Assembly: GCA_965203485.1 (NCBI GenBank)
Contig: OZ241892.1
Coordinates: forward strand, 832,001 to 896,000
DNA length: 64,000 bases
Reading direction: 5' to 3'
DNA from: Longimicrobiales bacterium
Lineage (GTDB): Bacteria; Gemmatimonadota; Gemmatimonadetes; Longimicrobiales; Gaopeijiaceae
Below the pieces are notes generated by a model. The model had not been told where the DNA came from. It saw nothing but the letters and a program-made list of their open reading frames with translations, and did no database searches. The position numbers and the translations under genes are program-made. This document shows positions 1 to 9,953 of the stretch, piece by piece; within the stretch, counting starts at the first letter, position 1; each line of letters begins with the position of its first letter.

Positions 1-156
1 AAGGCGGACTACCGTCAAGAGTTCTCCGGACTCTGGAAGAGGTTGCCGCAACAGGAGGGAAGGGCGGTCGTCGTGCGGCTGGTCGAGCGGCCGACCGGCG
101 AGATCGCGATCGCCTTGATGGTTGCGGCCCAGCCGGGTCGCGTGCCGTCGCGGTGA
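1..156 (+). CDS. 3' end of a hypothetical protein truncated by the window edge
   Basis: Frame +1 is open from base 1 to TGA at 154-156 (KADYRQEFSGLWKRLPQQEGRAVVVRLVERPTGEIAIALMV...). No family recognised. Confidence 0.4.
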   Translation, partial: KADYRQEFSGLWKRLPQQEGRAVVVRLVERPTGEIAIALMVAAQPGRVPSR

Positions 157-235
157 CGCGCACTGTATCTTGGCGAGCACGGAGGCGGAACCGCAGGCGG
201 GCCCAAGCGAAGCGCTGGCCGAGACCGGAGGACTC

Positions 236-865
236 GTGGGAACATTGAGACGGCAACGGAGTCCGGCGCTCGAAGCGTCGCGGGCACGCGGGGATGGAGT
301 TCGCCGGCGCCATGCACGCGCCGGCGCTTGGAGCGCGGAGTCCGGCGCGCTTGCGGCTTGCGTTGGTCGGCGCGTGGCGGTTGTCGGCGCCGTCGCCGCG
401 TCGGTGGCGTGCGCGGCGCCGTCGCCGGCGTCGGCCCAGGATTCGGTTTCGGGGTCGGCGCGCATCCTCCACCCCGAGGCACAGGAGGCGATCTCGCGCA
501 TTCGCTCGCCGTTCTGTCCAGGGCTGATGCTCGAGGTTTGTCCGTCGGGGCCGGCCCAGGCGCTTCGGGACAGCCTCGACGCGCAGGCCGAGACGGGCCT
601 CCGGGCGGACAGCCTGGTTGAAATGGTGATCGCGTCCTGGGGCGAGGAGTACCGTGCGGTGCCCAAGGCGAGCGGCGCCGGGTTGCTGGCGTGGGTGATG
701 CCGCCCGTTGCGCTGGGCGTCGGCCTGGGACTGGTTCTGCTGGCGCTCCGCAGGTTGCGCGCACCGGCGGGCTCGCGGCCCGCGGCGGACTTGAGCGCCG
801 AAGAGCAGGCGCGGGTGCGACAGGCCCTGGCCGACTTCGAGCAGATGGAAGAGAGCCGGGCCTGA
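236..865 (+). CDS. ccmH: Cytochrome c biogenesis CcmH/NrfF-like protein
   Basis: Signal-like segment, then IRSPFCPGLMLEVCPS...ALRDSL...WGEEYRAVP...LLAWVMPP and a TM helix, which is the CcmH layout. Start uncertain (170/236/245/374); GGAGGA at 227-232. Confidence 0.7.
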   Translation: MGTLRRQRSPALEASRARGDGVRRRHARAGAWSAESGALAACVGRRVAVVGAVAASVACAAPSPASAQDSVSGSARILHPEAQEAISRIRSPFCPGLMLEVCPSGPAQALRDSLDAQAETGLRADSLVEMVIASWGEEYRAVPKASGAGLLAWVMPPVALGVGLGLVLLALRRLRAPAGSRPAADLSAEEQARVRQALADFEQMEESRA

Positions 866-2088
866 GCGCGCACGGTCAGCGGCGGAGCGACGCCGAGGCG
901 GCTCTGCTGGCGTCCTCCGAAGGCGTCGAGCGCGTGCAGGCCGCGCTTCGCGATGCGGGACTCGACGGGTGGCTCCTCTACGACTTCGGCGACCGCAATC
1001 CAATCGCGCGCCCGCTCTTGGGTCTCGAGTGGACCACGCGGCGCGGCTTCGCCTTCGTGCCCGCCTCGGGCCGGCCCCGGCTCCTGATTCACGCCATCGA
1101 GAGTTCTTCGTGGCGGCACCTGGACTGGCCGCGAGAGGCCTATGCCAGCCACCAAGAGCTCGAGCGCGGATTGGCCGCGTTGCTCGGAGGAGCCTCGCGC
1201 GTGGCCGCGGAGACCTCGCCCCGGGGCGGCGTCCCCGGTCTGGACCTGATTCCGGCGGGCATGCTGGCAATGATCGCCGCGACCGGCGTCGAACTTCGCA
1301 GCTCCGGCGACTTGGTGTCGACGTTCCACTCCGTCTGGACGCCGGCCCAGCGCGAGGAACACGCCCGCGCCTCGGCCCTGGTCAAGGACTTGGCCGGCGA
1401 CGCGTTCCGCCGCGCGGCGGCGCGCGTCCGCGATGGAGAGAGCGTCACGGAGGGTGAGCTGGCCGCTTGGATTCGTTCCGAGCTTCGTCGCCGCGGCGCT
1501 CCGGCCCAGGCGGGCTGCATCGTCGCCATCGGCCCCAAGGCGGCCGACCCGCACTACGATCCTGGCAAGACCGGCGAGCCGATTCGCGCGGGCGATCTGC
1601 TCCTGATCGACTTGTGGGGCGCCCTCCACGACGCCTCCGTGCCCGCCGACCAGACGTGGATGGGCTTCATGGGGAACGAACTTCCGGAGCGGGCCGCCTG
1701 CGTCTGGCACGCAGTCAGAACGGCCCGCGACCGCGTGGTGGAGTTCTTGCGCGACCAGTTCGGCCGCGGCGAGGCGACGCGAGGCTTCGAGGCGGACGAC
1801 GTGGCCCGCAAGACTCTCGCGGCGGCGGGCTTCGGCGAGTACTTCATCCACCGGACTGGCCACTCGATCGATCGCGAGCTGCACGGGCGCGGTCCGAATC
1901 TCGACAATCTCGAGACGCGCGACGACCGCGTGCTCGTCCCGGGTGTCGGCTTCTCCGTGGAGCCCGGGGTCTACGTCCCGGGCGAAATCGGCCTTCGAAC
2001 GGAGATCAACGTGTTCATGGGGCCTGCCGGACCCGAGGTGACCGTGGACGAGCCGCAGGAGGACGTCTTTCTTCTGTTGCCCGACTGA
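862..2088 (+). CDS. M24-family Xaa-Pro peptidase
   Basis: LDGWLLYDF N-domain; metal-ligand motifs LLIDLW, ADQT, HRTGH, SVEPG, RTE. Start is CTG 862 (overlapping the upstream TGA) or GTG 934. Confidence 0.9.
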   Translation: MSAHGQRRSDAEAALLASSEGVERVQAALRDAGLDGWLLYDFGDRNPIARPLLGLEWTTRRGFAFVPASGRPRLLIHAIESSSWRHLDWPREAYASHQELERGLAALLGGASRVAAETSPRGGVPGLDLIPAGMLAMIAATGVELRSSGDLVSTFHSVWTPAQREEHARASALVKDLAGDAFRRAAARVRDGESVTEGELAAWIRSELRRRGAPAQAGCIVAIGPKAADPHYDPGKTGEPIRAGDLLLIDLWGALHDASVPADQTWMGFMGNELPERAACVWHAVRTARDRVVEFLRDQFGRGEATRGFEADDVARKTLAAAGFGEYFIHRTGHSIDRELHGRGPNLDNLETRDDRVLVPGVGFSVEPGVYVPGEIGLRTEINVFMGPAGPEVTVDEPQEDVFLLLPD

Positions 2089-2139
2089 GCGGAGGCGAGA
2101 CGGCGGCGTCCGCTTGTCGCCGGTTGCCCGGCTGGTCCG

Positions 2140-2400
2140 GCATGGCGATGGGCCGGGTGCGACAGCGGGCGGACCCGACGAGGCCGAAGCCGCCTTCCAC
2201 GTTCATCACGTGGCGGAACGCTCAGCAACTGGTATGCATGGAGGCGCTCGTCGGCAGCCACGACTTCCACGGGGGGGTCTGGTCCAAGACTGTCGACGGC
2301 CACTTGGGGCAAGGGGCCAGTGAATCTCGTGCTGTCCACGTCCACGTTCCATGCACGGAAGCAGTTGATGCAGTCGGTCAGGCGCCACCTCGCCGCGAAG
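2140..2400 (-). pseudogene. Possible frameshifted remnant of a DUF4249-like lipoprotein C-terminus
   Basis: The minus strand reads ...VEVVAADERLHAYQLLS, then in another frame NVEGGFGLVGSA, resembling the NVEGGxGxFGS end of DUF4249-type proteins. No start or intact ORF. Confidence 0.3.
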
Positions 2401-2529
2401 AGATGGCGGTGCCGAGCCGAGGGTCCGCGACGGTTGGCGCGAGTCAGCGCGCGGACCGCAAGTTGGAGGAATGATCCGAACGGCTAGACGGGCTTCGGCG
2501 GCCGGCCGGCGCGTTGCAGCTGGCGCCGG

Positions 2530-5013
2530 ATGAGCGGCCCCTCTCGGCGCGCGGACGCGGACGCCTCGTACCTGGCCGTCGCCCTGCCGGTCCCCGTCCC
2601 TCGGCTCTTCACCTACCGTTGCCTCGGCCCGCCGCCGTCCCCGGGGACGCGCGTGATGGTTCCGTTTCGGCAGGCGGTCCATGTCGGCTGGTCCGCAGGC
2701 GCGGCGGCTCGCCGGCCTGGGGCGCGCGACGTGCTTTCGGTGCTGGAGAACGCTCCGTCGATGCCCGCCGACCTGATGGCGCTGGCCCGTTGGGTCGCCG
2801 GCTACTACGTGGCTCCCTTGGGCGTCGTGCTCAAGGCGATGACGCCCGCCGGCCTGACCGATCGCTCCCATCAGCGCCTGATCCCCCTTCGCTCGCCCGG
2901 TCCGGGAGACGGCCTAGGCCGTCGGGAGGAGCGCGTCCTGGCCGCGGTCGGCGCGTCTCCGCGCGGCAAGTTGGTGGCATCCGTGCGCAACCTGGCGGGG
3001 TCGTCCGGCTTCTGGCCCGCCGTGCGCAAGCTGGCCGTGCTGGGAATCTTGGGCCATGCGACGGCGTTGCCGCGGCTGCGGAAGGCCCGCACGCGAAAGA
3101 CGGTTCGCCTGGCCCGGTCGATCGGCACGTTGGAGGAGATGGACCGCGTCTTCGGGAGAGCCGGCCGCCAGCGCGAAGCGTACGATCGGCTCCAGGAGGC
3201 GGGCGGAAGCTTGGCGCTCGCGGCGCTCCTCGACGGCGGATTCGGCCGGGGCGTGGTCGCCGGCCTGGTCGCCCGGGGCGTGGCGGAGATGGGCGACGAG
3301 ACCGTCCGCCGCGATCCGTTTCGAGCCGGTTCGCCGGGAGACTGGGAGGATGCGGGGAGCGGCGGGCCCGCGTCGTCCTTCGCTCCGGCGCCCGCCCAGA
3401 AGAAGGCCCTCGGGCCGATGAAGGCCGCGCTGGGCAAGGGCGGCGCCTTCTTGCTGCATGGAGTGACCGGGTCGGGCAAGACGCTCGTGTACGTCGAGCT
3501 GCTCAAGGACGTGCTGGCGCGCGGCGAGGGCGCGGTCGTGCTCGTGCCCGAGATCGCGCTGACGCCTCAGACCGTGGGCAGGTTCCGAAAGGCGTTCGGC
3601 GACTTGGTGGCCGTCCTGCATTCCGGCCTGTCCGCGGCGGAGCGCTGCGACGCTTGGCGAGCGCTCAGGTCGGGCGAGAAGCGCGTGGCGATCGGGGCGC
3701 GTTCGGCGGTCTTCGCGCCTGTTGGCCGGCTGGGCGCAATCGTGGTGGACGAGGAGCACGACGGCGGCTACAAGCAGTCCGAGACGCCGTCCTACCAAGC
3801 CCGCGACGTCGCCCTGGTGCGCGCCGCCCGGTCGGGCGCCGTTTGCGTGCTGGGTTCGGCCACGCCGTCGCTGGAGAGCTGGGCCAACGCCAAGTCCGGC
3901 AAGCTGGCGCTGCTGTCGATGGCGAACCGGGTCGGCGGCGGCAGTCTCCCGCGCATTCGCGTGACCGATCTCCGGGACGGCCAAGCCGCCGCGCGAGGCG
4001 GGACCCGCGTTCCCGGAACCTTCCCGTCCCACGTCGTCTCGCCCCCGTTGGCCGCGGCCATTCGCGCCAGGCTGCCGCGCCGCGAACAGGTCATCCTGCT
4101 GTTGAACCGCCGGGGATACGCCTCGGTTGCTCTGTGCTTGGCGTGCGGCGCCGCGCGGCAGTGCCGCGACTGCTCGGTGTCCATGACGTTGCACAGGGGC
4201 CGCGGCGAGATGGTCTGCCATCACTGCGGCCGCATCGAATCCGTGCCTGAACAGTGCGCCGAGTGCGGATCGGCGTCGCTGTCGTACCGGGGGCTCGGCA
4301 CCGAGCAGGTGGAGAGCGTTCTCGTGGAAGCCGTGCCCGGCGTGCGGGTGGCGCGCATGGACGCCGACACGACGGGAGGGAAGTGGTCTCGCCACGAGAT
4401 CCTGGGGCGGTTTCGCGACGGTGCGGTCGACGTCTTGGTGGGGACTCAGATGGTCGCAAAGGGACTGGACTTCCACCGCGTGACGCTGGTCGGCGTGATC
4501 AATGCCGACGTCGGCTTGAATCTCCCCGACTTTCGCGCCTGCGAGCGCACGTTCCAGCTCTTGGCGCAGGTGTCGGGACGCACGGGGCGGGGCAACCTGC
4601 CCGGCGAAGTCGTCGTTCAGACCTACGTGCCCGACCACCACGTCGTCCGCGCGGCCGTCGCGCACGACTACGCGGGCTTCGCGGAACGAGAGTTGCGTGC
4701 GCGCCGCAGTCCGCCCTATCCGCCGACCGTTCGCTTGGCGCGCATCGTCCTGAGCGGCGGCGGCATGGAGTCCGCCGCAGCGGCCGCGGAGCGCTTGGCG
4801 GAATGGTTGAAGCCGCGGTCAAGGGGGAATCTCGACGTCCTCGGACCCGCGCCGGCGCCGATCGAGAAGCTGCGGGGCCGCTTCCGGTGGCATCTCCTGC
4901 TGCGCGGGAGCGCGACCGAGGTGGGCCGGGCTCTTCGCGCGGCGGCGGCCGGCTTCGCTCCCGGCGGCGACGTCCGCATGTCGCTCGACCGCGACCCGTG
5001 GCAGATGATGTAG
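2530..5013 (+). CDS. priA: Primosomal protein N' (replication restart helicase)
   Basis: LLHGVTGSGKT, LVPEIALTPQ, VDEEHD, GSATPSLES, four CxxC zinc motifs, GTQMVAKGLDF, QVSGRTGR, and C-terminal GPAPAPIEK. Confidence 0.97.
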   Translation: MSGPSRRADADASYLAVALPVPVPRLFTYRCLGPPPSPGTRVMVPFRQAVHVGWSAGAAARRPGARDVLSVLENAPSMPADLMALARWVAGYYVAPLGVVLKAMTPAGLTDRSHQRLIPLRSPGPGDGLGRREERVLAAVGASPRGKLVASVRNLAGSSGFWPAVRKLAVLGILGHATALPRLRKARTRKTVRLARSIGTLEEMDRVFGRAGRQREAYDRLQEAGGSLALAALLDGGFGRGVVAGLVARGVAEMGDETVRRDPFRAGSPGDWEDAGSGGPASSFAPAPAQKKALGPMKAALGKGGAFLLHGVTGSGKTLVYVELLKDVLARGEGAVVLVPEIALTPQTVGRFRKAFGDLVAVLHSGLSAAERCDAWRALRSGEKRVAIGARSAVFAPVGRLGAIVVDEEHDGGYKQSETPSYQARDVALVRAARSGAVCVLGSATPSLESWANAKSGKLALLSMANRVGGGSLPRIRVTDLRDGQAAARGGTRVPGTFPSHVVSPPLAAAIRARLPRREQVILLLNRRGYASVALCLACGAARQCRDCSVSMTLHRGRGEMVCHHCGRIESVPEQCAECGSASLSYRGLGTEQVESVLVEAVPGVRVARMDADTTGGKWSRHEILGRFRDGAVDVLVGTQMVAKGLDFHRVTLVGVINADVGLNLPDFRACERTFQLLAQVSGRTGRGNLPGEVVVQTYVPDHHVVRAAVAHDYAGFAERELRARRSPPYPPTVRLARIVLSGGGMESAAAAAERLAEWLKPRSRGNLDVLGPAPAPIEKLRGRFRWHLLLRGSATEVGRALRAAAAGFAPGGDVRMSLDRDPWQMM

Positions 5014-5244
5014 GGTGGTCCGCGTTTTGCGCGCAGGAGGCCGGCGAGACCGCCAGCGGGCGTGGTACAGGCTTGCGCTCCGTCGTGGTTTCACTATCGT
5101 AGATGGCGTCGCGCTCGTTGCGGCGAGGTGCGCATAGCGTTGCGCGCGGTCGCAGAGCGTCCCCGTCGGCGGCGCCCGCGCGCGGCCGTGTTCGCATTGC
5201 GCGCCGCGCGGACGCGGGCGTCCGGTCCAAGGAGAGGCGGTCCA

Positions 5245-5811
5245 GTGAGTTGCCTGGCGTTGAACGCGTCCTACGAGCCGTTGACGATCGTGCCCGCGCA
5301 GAGGGCCGTGCGTCTTGTGCTCGATGCCAAGGCGGAAGTCCTGGAGGCCGACGCGGGCCGGGCGTTTCGGTCGGTTCGGGCGCACCATCCGTTTCCGCTG
5401 GTAATCCGGCTGGTGCGCTACGTCCACGTTCCGAGGCGCTTTCGCAGGCAGGTGACGAACACGTTCTTGTTTGCGCGCGACGAGTACGCGTGCCAGTACT
5501 GCGGCCGGCACAAGCGGATGCTGCGCCACCGGGAGTTCTTGACCCGCGACCACGTGCTCCCGATTTCGCGGGGCGGGGGCAACTCGTGGACGAACGTCGT
5601 GACGGCGTGCTCGACCTGCAATCACCGCAAGGGCGACCGGACGCCGGCAGAGGCGGGCCTCCGCTTGGCGAAGCGTCCGGCGGAGCCGAACCACGTCCGG
5701 CTCGTGTGGGCGGTGCGCAAGGTGACGCCCGTGCAGGCCAAGTACGTCGAGATGTTCTTCGGCAAGGACGCGGTGCCGACTCTCGACGGGCGCGAGGGGA
5801 TTCCAGCCTGA
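5245..5811 (+). CDS. HNH endonuclease (McrA-like)
   Basis: LALNASYEPL N-terminus, CQYCG, LTRDHVLPISRGG...NVVTACSTCNHRKG. GTG start after GGAGAGG at 5231. Confidence 0.9.
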   Translation: MSCLALNASYEPLTIVPAQRAVRLVLDAKAEVLEADAGRAFRSVRAHHPFPLVIRLVRYVHVPRRFRRQVTNTFLFARDEYACQYCGRHKRMLRHREFLTRDHVLPISRGGGNSWTNVVTACSTCNHRKGDRTPAEAGLRLAKRPAEPNHVRLVWAVRKVTPVQAKYVEMFFGKDAVPTLDGREGIPA

Positions 5812-6068
5812 CCTGCCGGCCTCAGGGGGTGCGTGGCACGCGTTGCCCGCCGCCGCCCGCATTCTCGGGCGACTCCGCGCCCTTGGAGCCGGCCCCCGTT
5901 GCCGCCGGCCGGCAGCGGCGCTCGTCCCCAGAGTCGGCCACCGGTGCGCCGGGGCCGCCACGGCCCGTCGCCGAGACGGCCGCCCCGCGTGGGCCCGTTG
6001 CCGCGCCGTCCTCGGCGCCCCTTGCCGCCGCGTCGGCCGGTGGTGCGCCGACCCCCGTTGCGTCCCGC

Positions 6069-6395
6069 ATGGCGCGTCCGCCCGCTCCACCGCGCGAGCC
6101 GCAACGGCCCGCTCCCGTCCTCGCCCGCGAGATCGAGTACGGCGGCGAGCGGTGGACCGTCCGGCTTGAAGGAGCGACGGCGGCTGGCCCGGCGCCCGGA
6201 GCCTGCACGCCGTTGCTGGGCGTCGTCTTCGAGGGGTCGGGCCCGCCCCGCGACCCGGAGCTGGCCGCGTACGTAGTGGCGGAGAACCTGGGCGAGGTCC
6301 CCGAAGACGCGTTGCGCAGCCTTCTTGCGGAACGTCTGAAGGCGCCGCCGTCGTCGCGATCGGGTTCGCGACGGCGGTCTCGCAGCGCGCGATGA
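6069..6395 (+). CDS. Hypothetical protein
   Basis: Globular-looking segment EIEYGGERWTVRLEG...LLGVVF...YVVAENLGEVPEDALRSLL. Start uncertain. Confidence 0.55.
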   Translation: MARPPAPPREPQRPAPVLAREIEYGGERWTVRLEGATAAGPAPGACTPLLGVVFEGSGPPRDPELAAYVVAENLGEVPEDALRSLLAERLKAPPSSRSGSRRRSRSAR

Positions 6396-6473
6396 GGCCG
6401 CCTCGCCCTTAGGACGCGGCGAGCGTCTCGGGGCTGTCCGTTCCTGGCGAGGGACCGGCGCTCGCTTAACCGC

Positions 6474-6499
6474 TCAACGGAAGAAGCCGGTCATGTGTC
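6474..6499 (+). promoter_or_regulatory. Putative ECF-type autoregulatory promoter
   Basis: TCAAC-N17-TGTC ending 13 nt before the sigma ATG. It fits the general ECF AAC/-GTC pattern; inference only. Confidence 0.3.
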
Positions 6500-6512
6500 C
6501 TTGTGCTGACGA

Positions 6513-7058
6513 ATGAAGGATCGGACCGACGCCGAACTGGTCGCGCAAGCCAAGCTGGGCGACCGCGAAGCGTTCGGCGAGCTGGTCCGCCGTTACCAGG
6601 GCGCGGCCTACGCCGTCGCGCGCGCTGTCACTGGACATCACGAGGATGCGGAAGATGCGGTGCAGGATGCCTTCGTTACGGCGTTGCAGAGGCTGGACGG
6701 ATGCCGCGACCCGGCCAAGTTCGCCGGATGGCTGCTCGCCATCGTGAGGAACACGGCCCGCAACGTGGTGCGGCGCGAGGGTCTGCGCAGCACGGACCCC
6801 ATCCCGCCCGAGACGCCCGCGACCCAGCGCGGGCCCGAGGCGGAGGCGACGCTAGCGGAGTTGCGGCGAGACCTGGAGGCCGCGCTGGCCAAGCTGCCCG
6901 CCGTGCAGCGCGAGATCGTGCTGCTCTACGACTTGGAGGGATGGAAGCACGACGAGATCGCCGAGCGCCTGAGCATCCCGTCCGGCACCGTGCGGTCGCA
7001 CTTGCACTTCGCCCGAAAGGCGTTGCGGACGGAGCTGGCGAAATGGAAGGACCACTGA
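6513..7058 (+). CDS. ECF sigma-70 factor
   Basis: GDREAFGELVRRY, DAEDAVQDAF, FAGWLLAIVRN, and region 4 EIAERLSIPSGTVRSHLHFARKALR. Confidence 0.95.
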   Translation: MKDRTDAELVAQAKLGDREAFGELVRRYQGAAYAVARAVTGHHEDAEDAVQDAFVTALQRLDGCRDPAKFAGWLLAIVRNTARNVVRREGLRSTDPIPPETPATQRGPEAEATLAELRRDLEAALAKLPAVQREIVLLYDLEGWKHDEIAERLSIPSGTVRSHLHFARKALRTELAKWKDH

Positions 7059-7472
7059 ATGCCGAATGAACGGGAGACCACGATGGATCGCGAAGAACGC
7101 CGTGCCGATTTGTCGCTCCTGAACCCCGGCCGCGCCGATCCGGGGTACTGGGAGCGCTTCCGGGCCGCCGTGCTGGCCGCGGCCGCCTTCGAGCTGGCCG
7201 CTCGCCGCGAAAAGGCGCGCGGGTCGGTGACGGCCGTCCTGTCCGCCTGGTCGAAGAGGCTGATTCCCGCCACCTTGGCCGCCGCGGCCGCCGCCGCGCT
7301 GCTGGTCCTCTCGGAGACGCGCGCCGGAAGCGACCCCGCCGCGGTCGCGCCGCCGCTGGTTCTGGAAGACGTCCTCAGCGACGGATCGGGCGACGGCCCG
7401 TCGTGGGCGGCGCAGGAAGCGGCGGCCAGCCCCGTGGCGTTCATGGCCTTCGTCGAGGGGCAGAGCCGCTGA
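7059..7472 (+). CDS. Putative membrane-anchored anti-sigma factor
   Basis: Directly follows the sigma gene; single Ala-rich TM segment. Function inferred from position. Confidence 0.6.
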   Translation: MPNERETTMDREERRADLSLLNPGRADPGYWERFRAAVLAAAAFELAARREKARGSVTAVLSAWSKRLIPATLAAAAAAALLVLSETRAGSDPAAVAPPLVLEDVLSDGSGDGPSWAAQEAAASPVAFMAFVEGQSR

Positions 7473-7912
7473 TGGGCGTGCGCGCCAACGCTCGGATTGC
7501 GTCAGTGGCCCTGCTCGCGGCGATGCTCGCGGTCGGCTTCCTTGCGGGCGTGGCGTGGCAGCGGGACGCCCCGGCCGAGAACCCGCCCGACCAGGGCGAG
7601 CGCGACGGCCGCCCGGGCCGGGACGGCCGTCGGCTGGTCATCGACCAAGTCGGCTTGGCGCCCGAGACGCGCGCGCAGGTCTTGGACGTCGTCCGCCACT
7701 TCAGATCGCGGATGCACGCGCTCGACCGGGAGTTGCGCGCCGACTACGAGCCGCGCCAGCGGGCTCTGGTTCGCGAGACGCGCGACTCCATCAAGTCGCT
7801 GCTGTCGCCGCAGCAGCGAGCGGTCTACGACTCGTTGCTCGCAACCCGGCACCGGCGGCGCGGCGGCGAAGATCACAGGGCCGGGCCGCAGAACCGCAGA
7901 GGAGAACGATAG
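7472..7912 (+). CDS. Periplasmic helical protein, Spy/CpxP/heavy-metal-sensor-like
   Basis: N-terminal [13 protein letters not shown] and [14 protein letters not shown] (LTxxQ-like). TGATG overlap with the upstream gene. Confidence 0.6.
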   Translation: MGVRANARIASVALLAAMLAVGFLAGVAWQRDAPAENPPDQGERDGRPGRDGRRLVIDQVGLAPETRAQVLDVVRHFRSRMHALDRELRADYEPRQRALVRETRDSIKSLLSPQQRAVYDSLLATRHRRRGGEDHRAGPQNRRGER

Positions 7913-7914
7913 AC

Positions 7915-9225
7915 GTGCGCATCACCGACGAACTGCCGCGGCGCGCCTGGGCCATGGCCGCGGCGGCTTGCGCGTGGGCGGCGAGCGCCGGCGCCCAGGA
8001 GCGAACCCCCGAGATCACGCTCGAAGAGGCCCTGGACCGCGCCCTGGTCCACAGCCCGCAGGTGGCCCAGAGCCAAGCCGCCCTCTCGAACGCGTCGGGC
8101 ACCCGCCGGCGGGCCGTGGGCTCGTTCCTGCCCAACCTGAACATGGGCTCCGGCGCGTCGGTGCAGAGCCAGAGCCGCTTCGATCCGAACACGCAGCGGG
8201 TCGTCACGGGCTCCAACGATTCCTACAGCGCTTCGCTGAGCGCCTCCTACCAACTCTTCCAGGGCGGCCGCAAGTTCCACGAGCTCAGCCGCACCGGGTC
8301 CGCGATCCGGCAGGCCCAGGCCACGCTGAGCAGCCAGCGCTTCGCCGTCGGACTCCAGACGCGGACGCTCTTCATGAACGCGTTGCGCCAGGACGAACTG
8401 GCGCAAGTCGCGGCCGCGAGGGTCGAGCGGGCCGAGGAGAGCTTGGAGATGACGCGCGCCCGGGTCCAGCAGGGGACCGGCACCCGCTCCGACAGCCTTC
8501 GCACGCGCCTGGAACTGGCGAACGCCCGGCAGGGCCTGTTGCAGGCGCGCAACCAGCTTCGCGCGGCGCGCTTCTCGTTGGGCCGCCAAGTGGGCGCGCC
8601 CGGTCCGGTGGCCCCCGTCGTTCCCGACGACCTGGAACCGGCCCCGCTCGCCTTGCCGGAGTCGGAGATCATCGCGCTGGCCCAGTCCATGTCGCCGGCG
8701 GTCCAAGCCGCGGAGGCGGCCGCCTCGGTCGCCAACGCGGCGCTCGGAAACGCCCGGTCCAGCTACTTGCCCACGCTCTCCCTTTCGTCGGGGTACACGT
8801 GGGCGAACCAGGCGCCGGCTCTGTCGGGCGGCAACACGAGCTGGAACTTTCGCGTCTCGGGGAGCTACACGCTGTTCGACGGATTCCAGCGCTCGGCCAA
8901 CGTGAGCCAGGCGTCAGAGAGCCGTCGCGTGTCGCGTCTCCAGGAAGAGGACGCGCGCCGCCAGGTGCGGCAGAACGTCGACGCCGCGCTTCGGACGCTC
9001 GAGACGCAGGAGCAGGCGATCGCGATCGCCCGCGAAGCGGTGGCGGTCGCGCAGGAGGACCTTCGATTCATACGGGAGCGCTACGCCGTGCAGATGGCGT
9101 CGGCGCTCGACGTGATCACCAGCCAAGTCGCGTTGGACCAGGCCGAGGCCGACTTGGTGTCGGCGCGTTACGACTACGTGCTCGCAAAGGCCGAACTCGA
9201 ATCCATAGTGGGGAGGGGACTGTGA
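7915..9225 (+). CDS. TolC-family outer membrane efflux protein
   Basis: Signal peptide, [11 protein letters not shown], two FLP/YLP repeats, LFQGG/LFDGF, ARYDY. GAGGAG RBS before GTG. Confidence 0.92.
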   Translation: MRITDELPRRAWAMAAAACAWAASAGAQERTPEITLEEALDRALVHSPQVAQSQAALSNASGTRRRAVGSFLPNLNMGSGASVQSQSRFDPNTQRVVTGSNDSYSASLSASYQLFQGGRKFHELSRTGSAIRQAQATLSSQRFAVGLQTRTLFMNALRQDELAQVAAARVERAEESLEMTRARVQQGTGTRSDSLRTRLELANARQGLLQARNQLRAARFSLGRQVGAPGPVAPVVPDDLEPAPLALPESEIIALAQSMSPAVQAAEAAASVANAALGNARSSYLPTLSLSSGYTWANQAPALSGGNTSWNFRVSGSYTLFDGFQRSANVSQASESRRVSRLQEEDARRQVRQNVDAALRTLETQEQAIAIAREAVAVAQEDLRFIRERYAVQMASALDVITSQVALDQAEADLVSARYDYVLAKAELESIVGRGL

Positions 9226-9953
9226 CGCAGAGCGGAAATGGAGTGGGGGGAGGGAACGACGTCGTCATCAGCACGAAGGCGTTGCGCAAGCACTATGTGC
9301 TCGGCGCGGAGACGGTGCGGGCGGTGCGGGGCGTGGACCTCGTCATTCGGCGCGGCGAGTTCGTGGCGATGATGGGGCCGTCGGGAAGCGGCAAGTCCAC
9401 GTTCATGAACCTGATCGGCTGCCTCGACACGCCGACCGACGGCGACTACTGGCTCAACGGCCGCAGGGTGTCGGAACTCTCGGACGACCAGCTCGCGCGC
9501 GTGCGCAACAGAGACATCGGCTTCGTCTTTCAGACGTTCAACCTGTTGCCGCGGGCCACGTCGCTGCACAACGTCGAGCTGCCTCTGATCTATGCCGGGA
9601 CGCCGGCCAAGGACCGGAGGCGGCGGGCGGAGGAAAAGCTCGAGCGGGTCGGGCTGGGGGACCGCATGGACCACAAGCCCCCGCAGCTTTCGGGCGGACA
9701 GAGGCAGCGCGTGGCAATCGCGCGCGCGCTGGTCAACGATCCCGCGCTGTTGCTGGCCGACGAGCCCACGGGAAACCTGGACTCGAAGACTTCTCGGGAG
9801 ATCGTGAACATCCTGGTCGAGCTCAACGAGGCCGGCCAGACGATCCTCCTGGTGACTCACGAGGCGGACATCGCGGCCGCCGCGTCCCGCCAGGTCCACC
9901 TCATGGACGGTTTGCTGGAGCGGGACTTCACGAACGAAGGGACCGGAGCATGA
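9222..9953 (+). CDS. ABC transporter ATP-binding protein (MacB/LolD-type)
   Basis: [52 protein letters not shown] overlap. Confidence 0.97.
   Translation: MTQSGNGVGGGNDVVISTKALRKHYVLGAETVRAVRGVDLVIRRGEFVAMMGPSGSGKSTFMNLIGCLDTPTDGDYWLNGRRVSELSDDQLARVRNRDIGFVFQTFNLLPRATSLHNVELPLIYAGTPAKDRRRRAEEKLERVGLGDRMDHKPPQLSGGQRQRVAIARALVNDPALLLADEPTGNLDSKTSREIVNILVELNEAGQTILLVTHEADIAAAASRQVHLMDGLLERDFTNEGTGA

Noticed and set aside
5245..5811. HNH gene as a mobile or defence element
   Set aside because: It looks like the common stand-alone chromosomal HNH type, with host-like codon usage and no methylase, intron or IS context.
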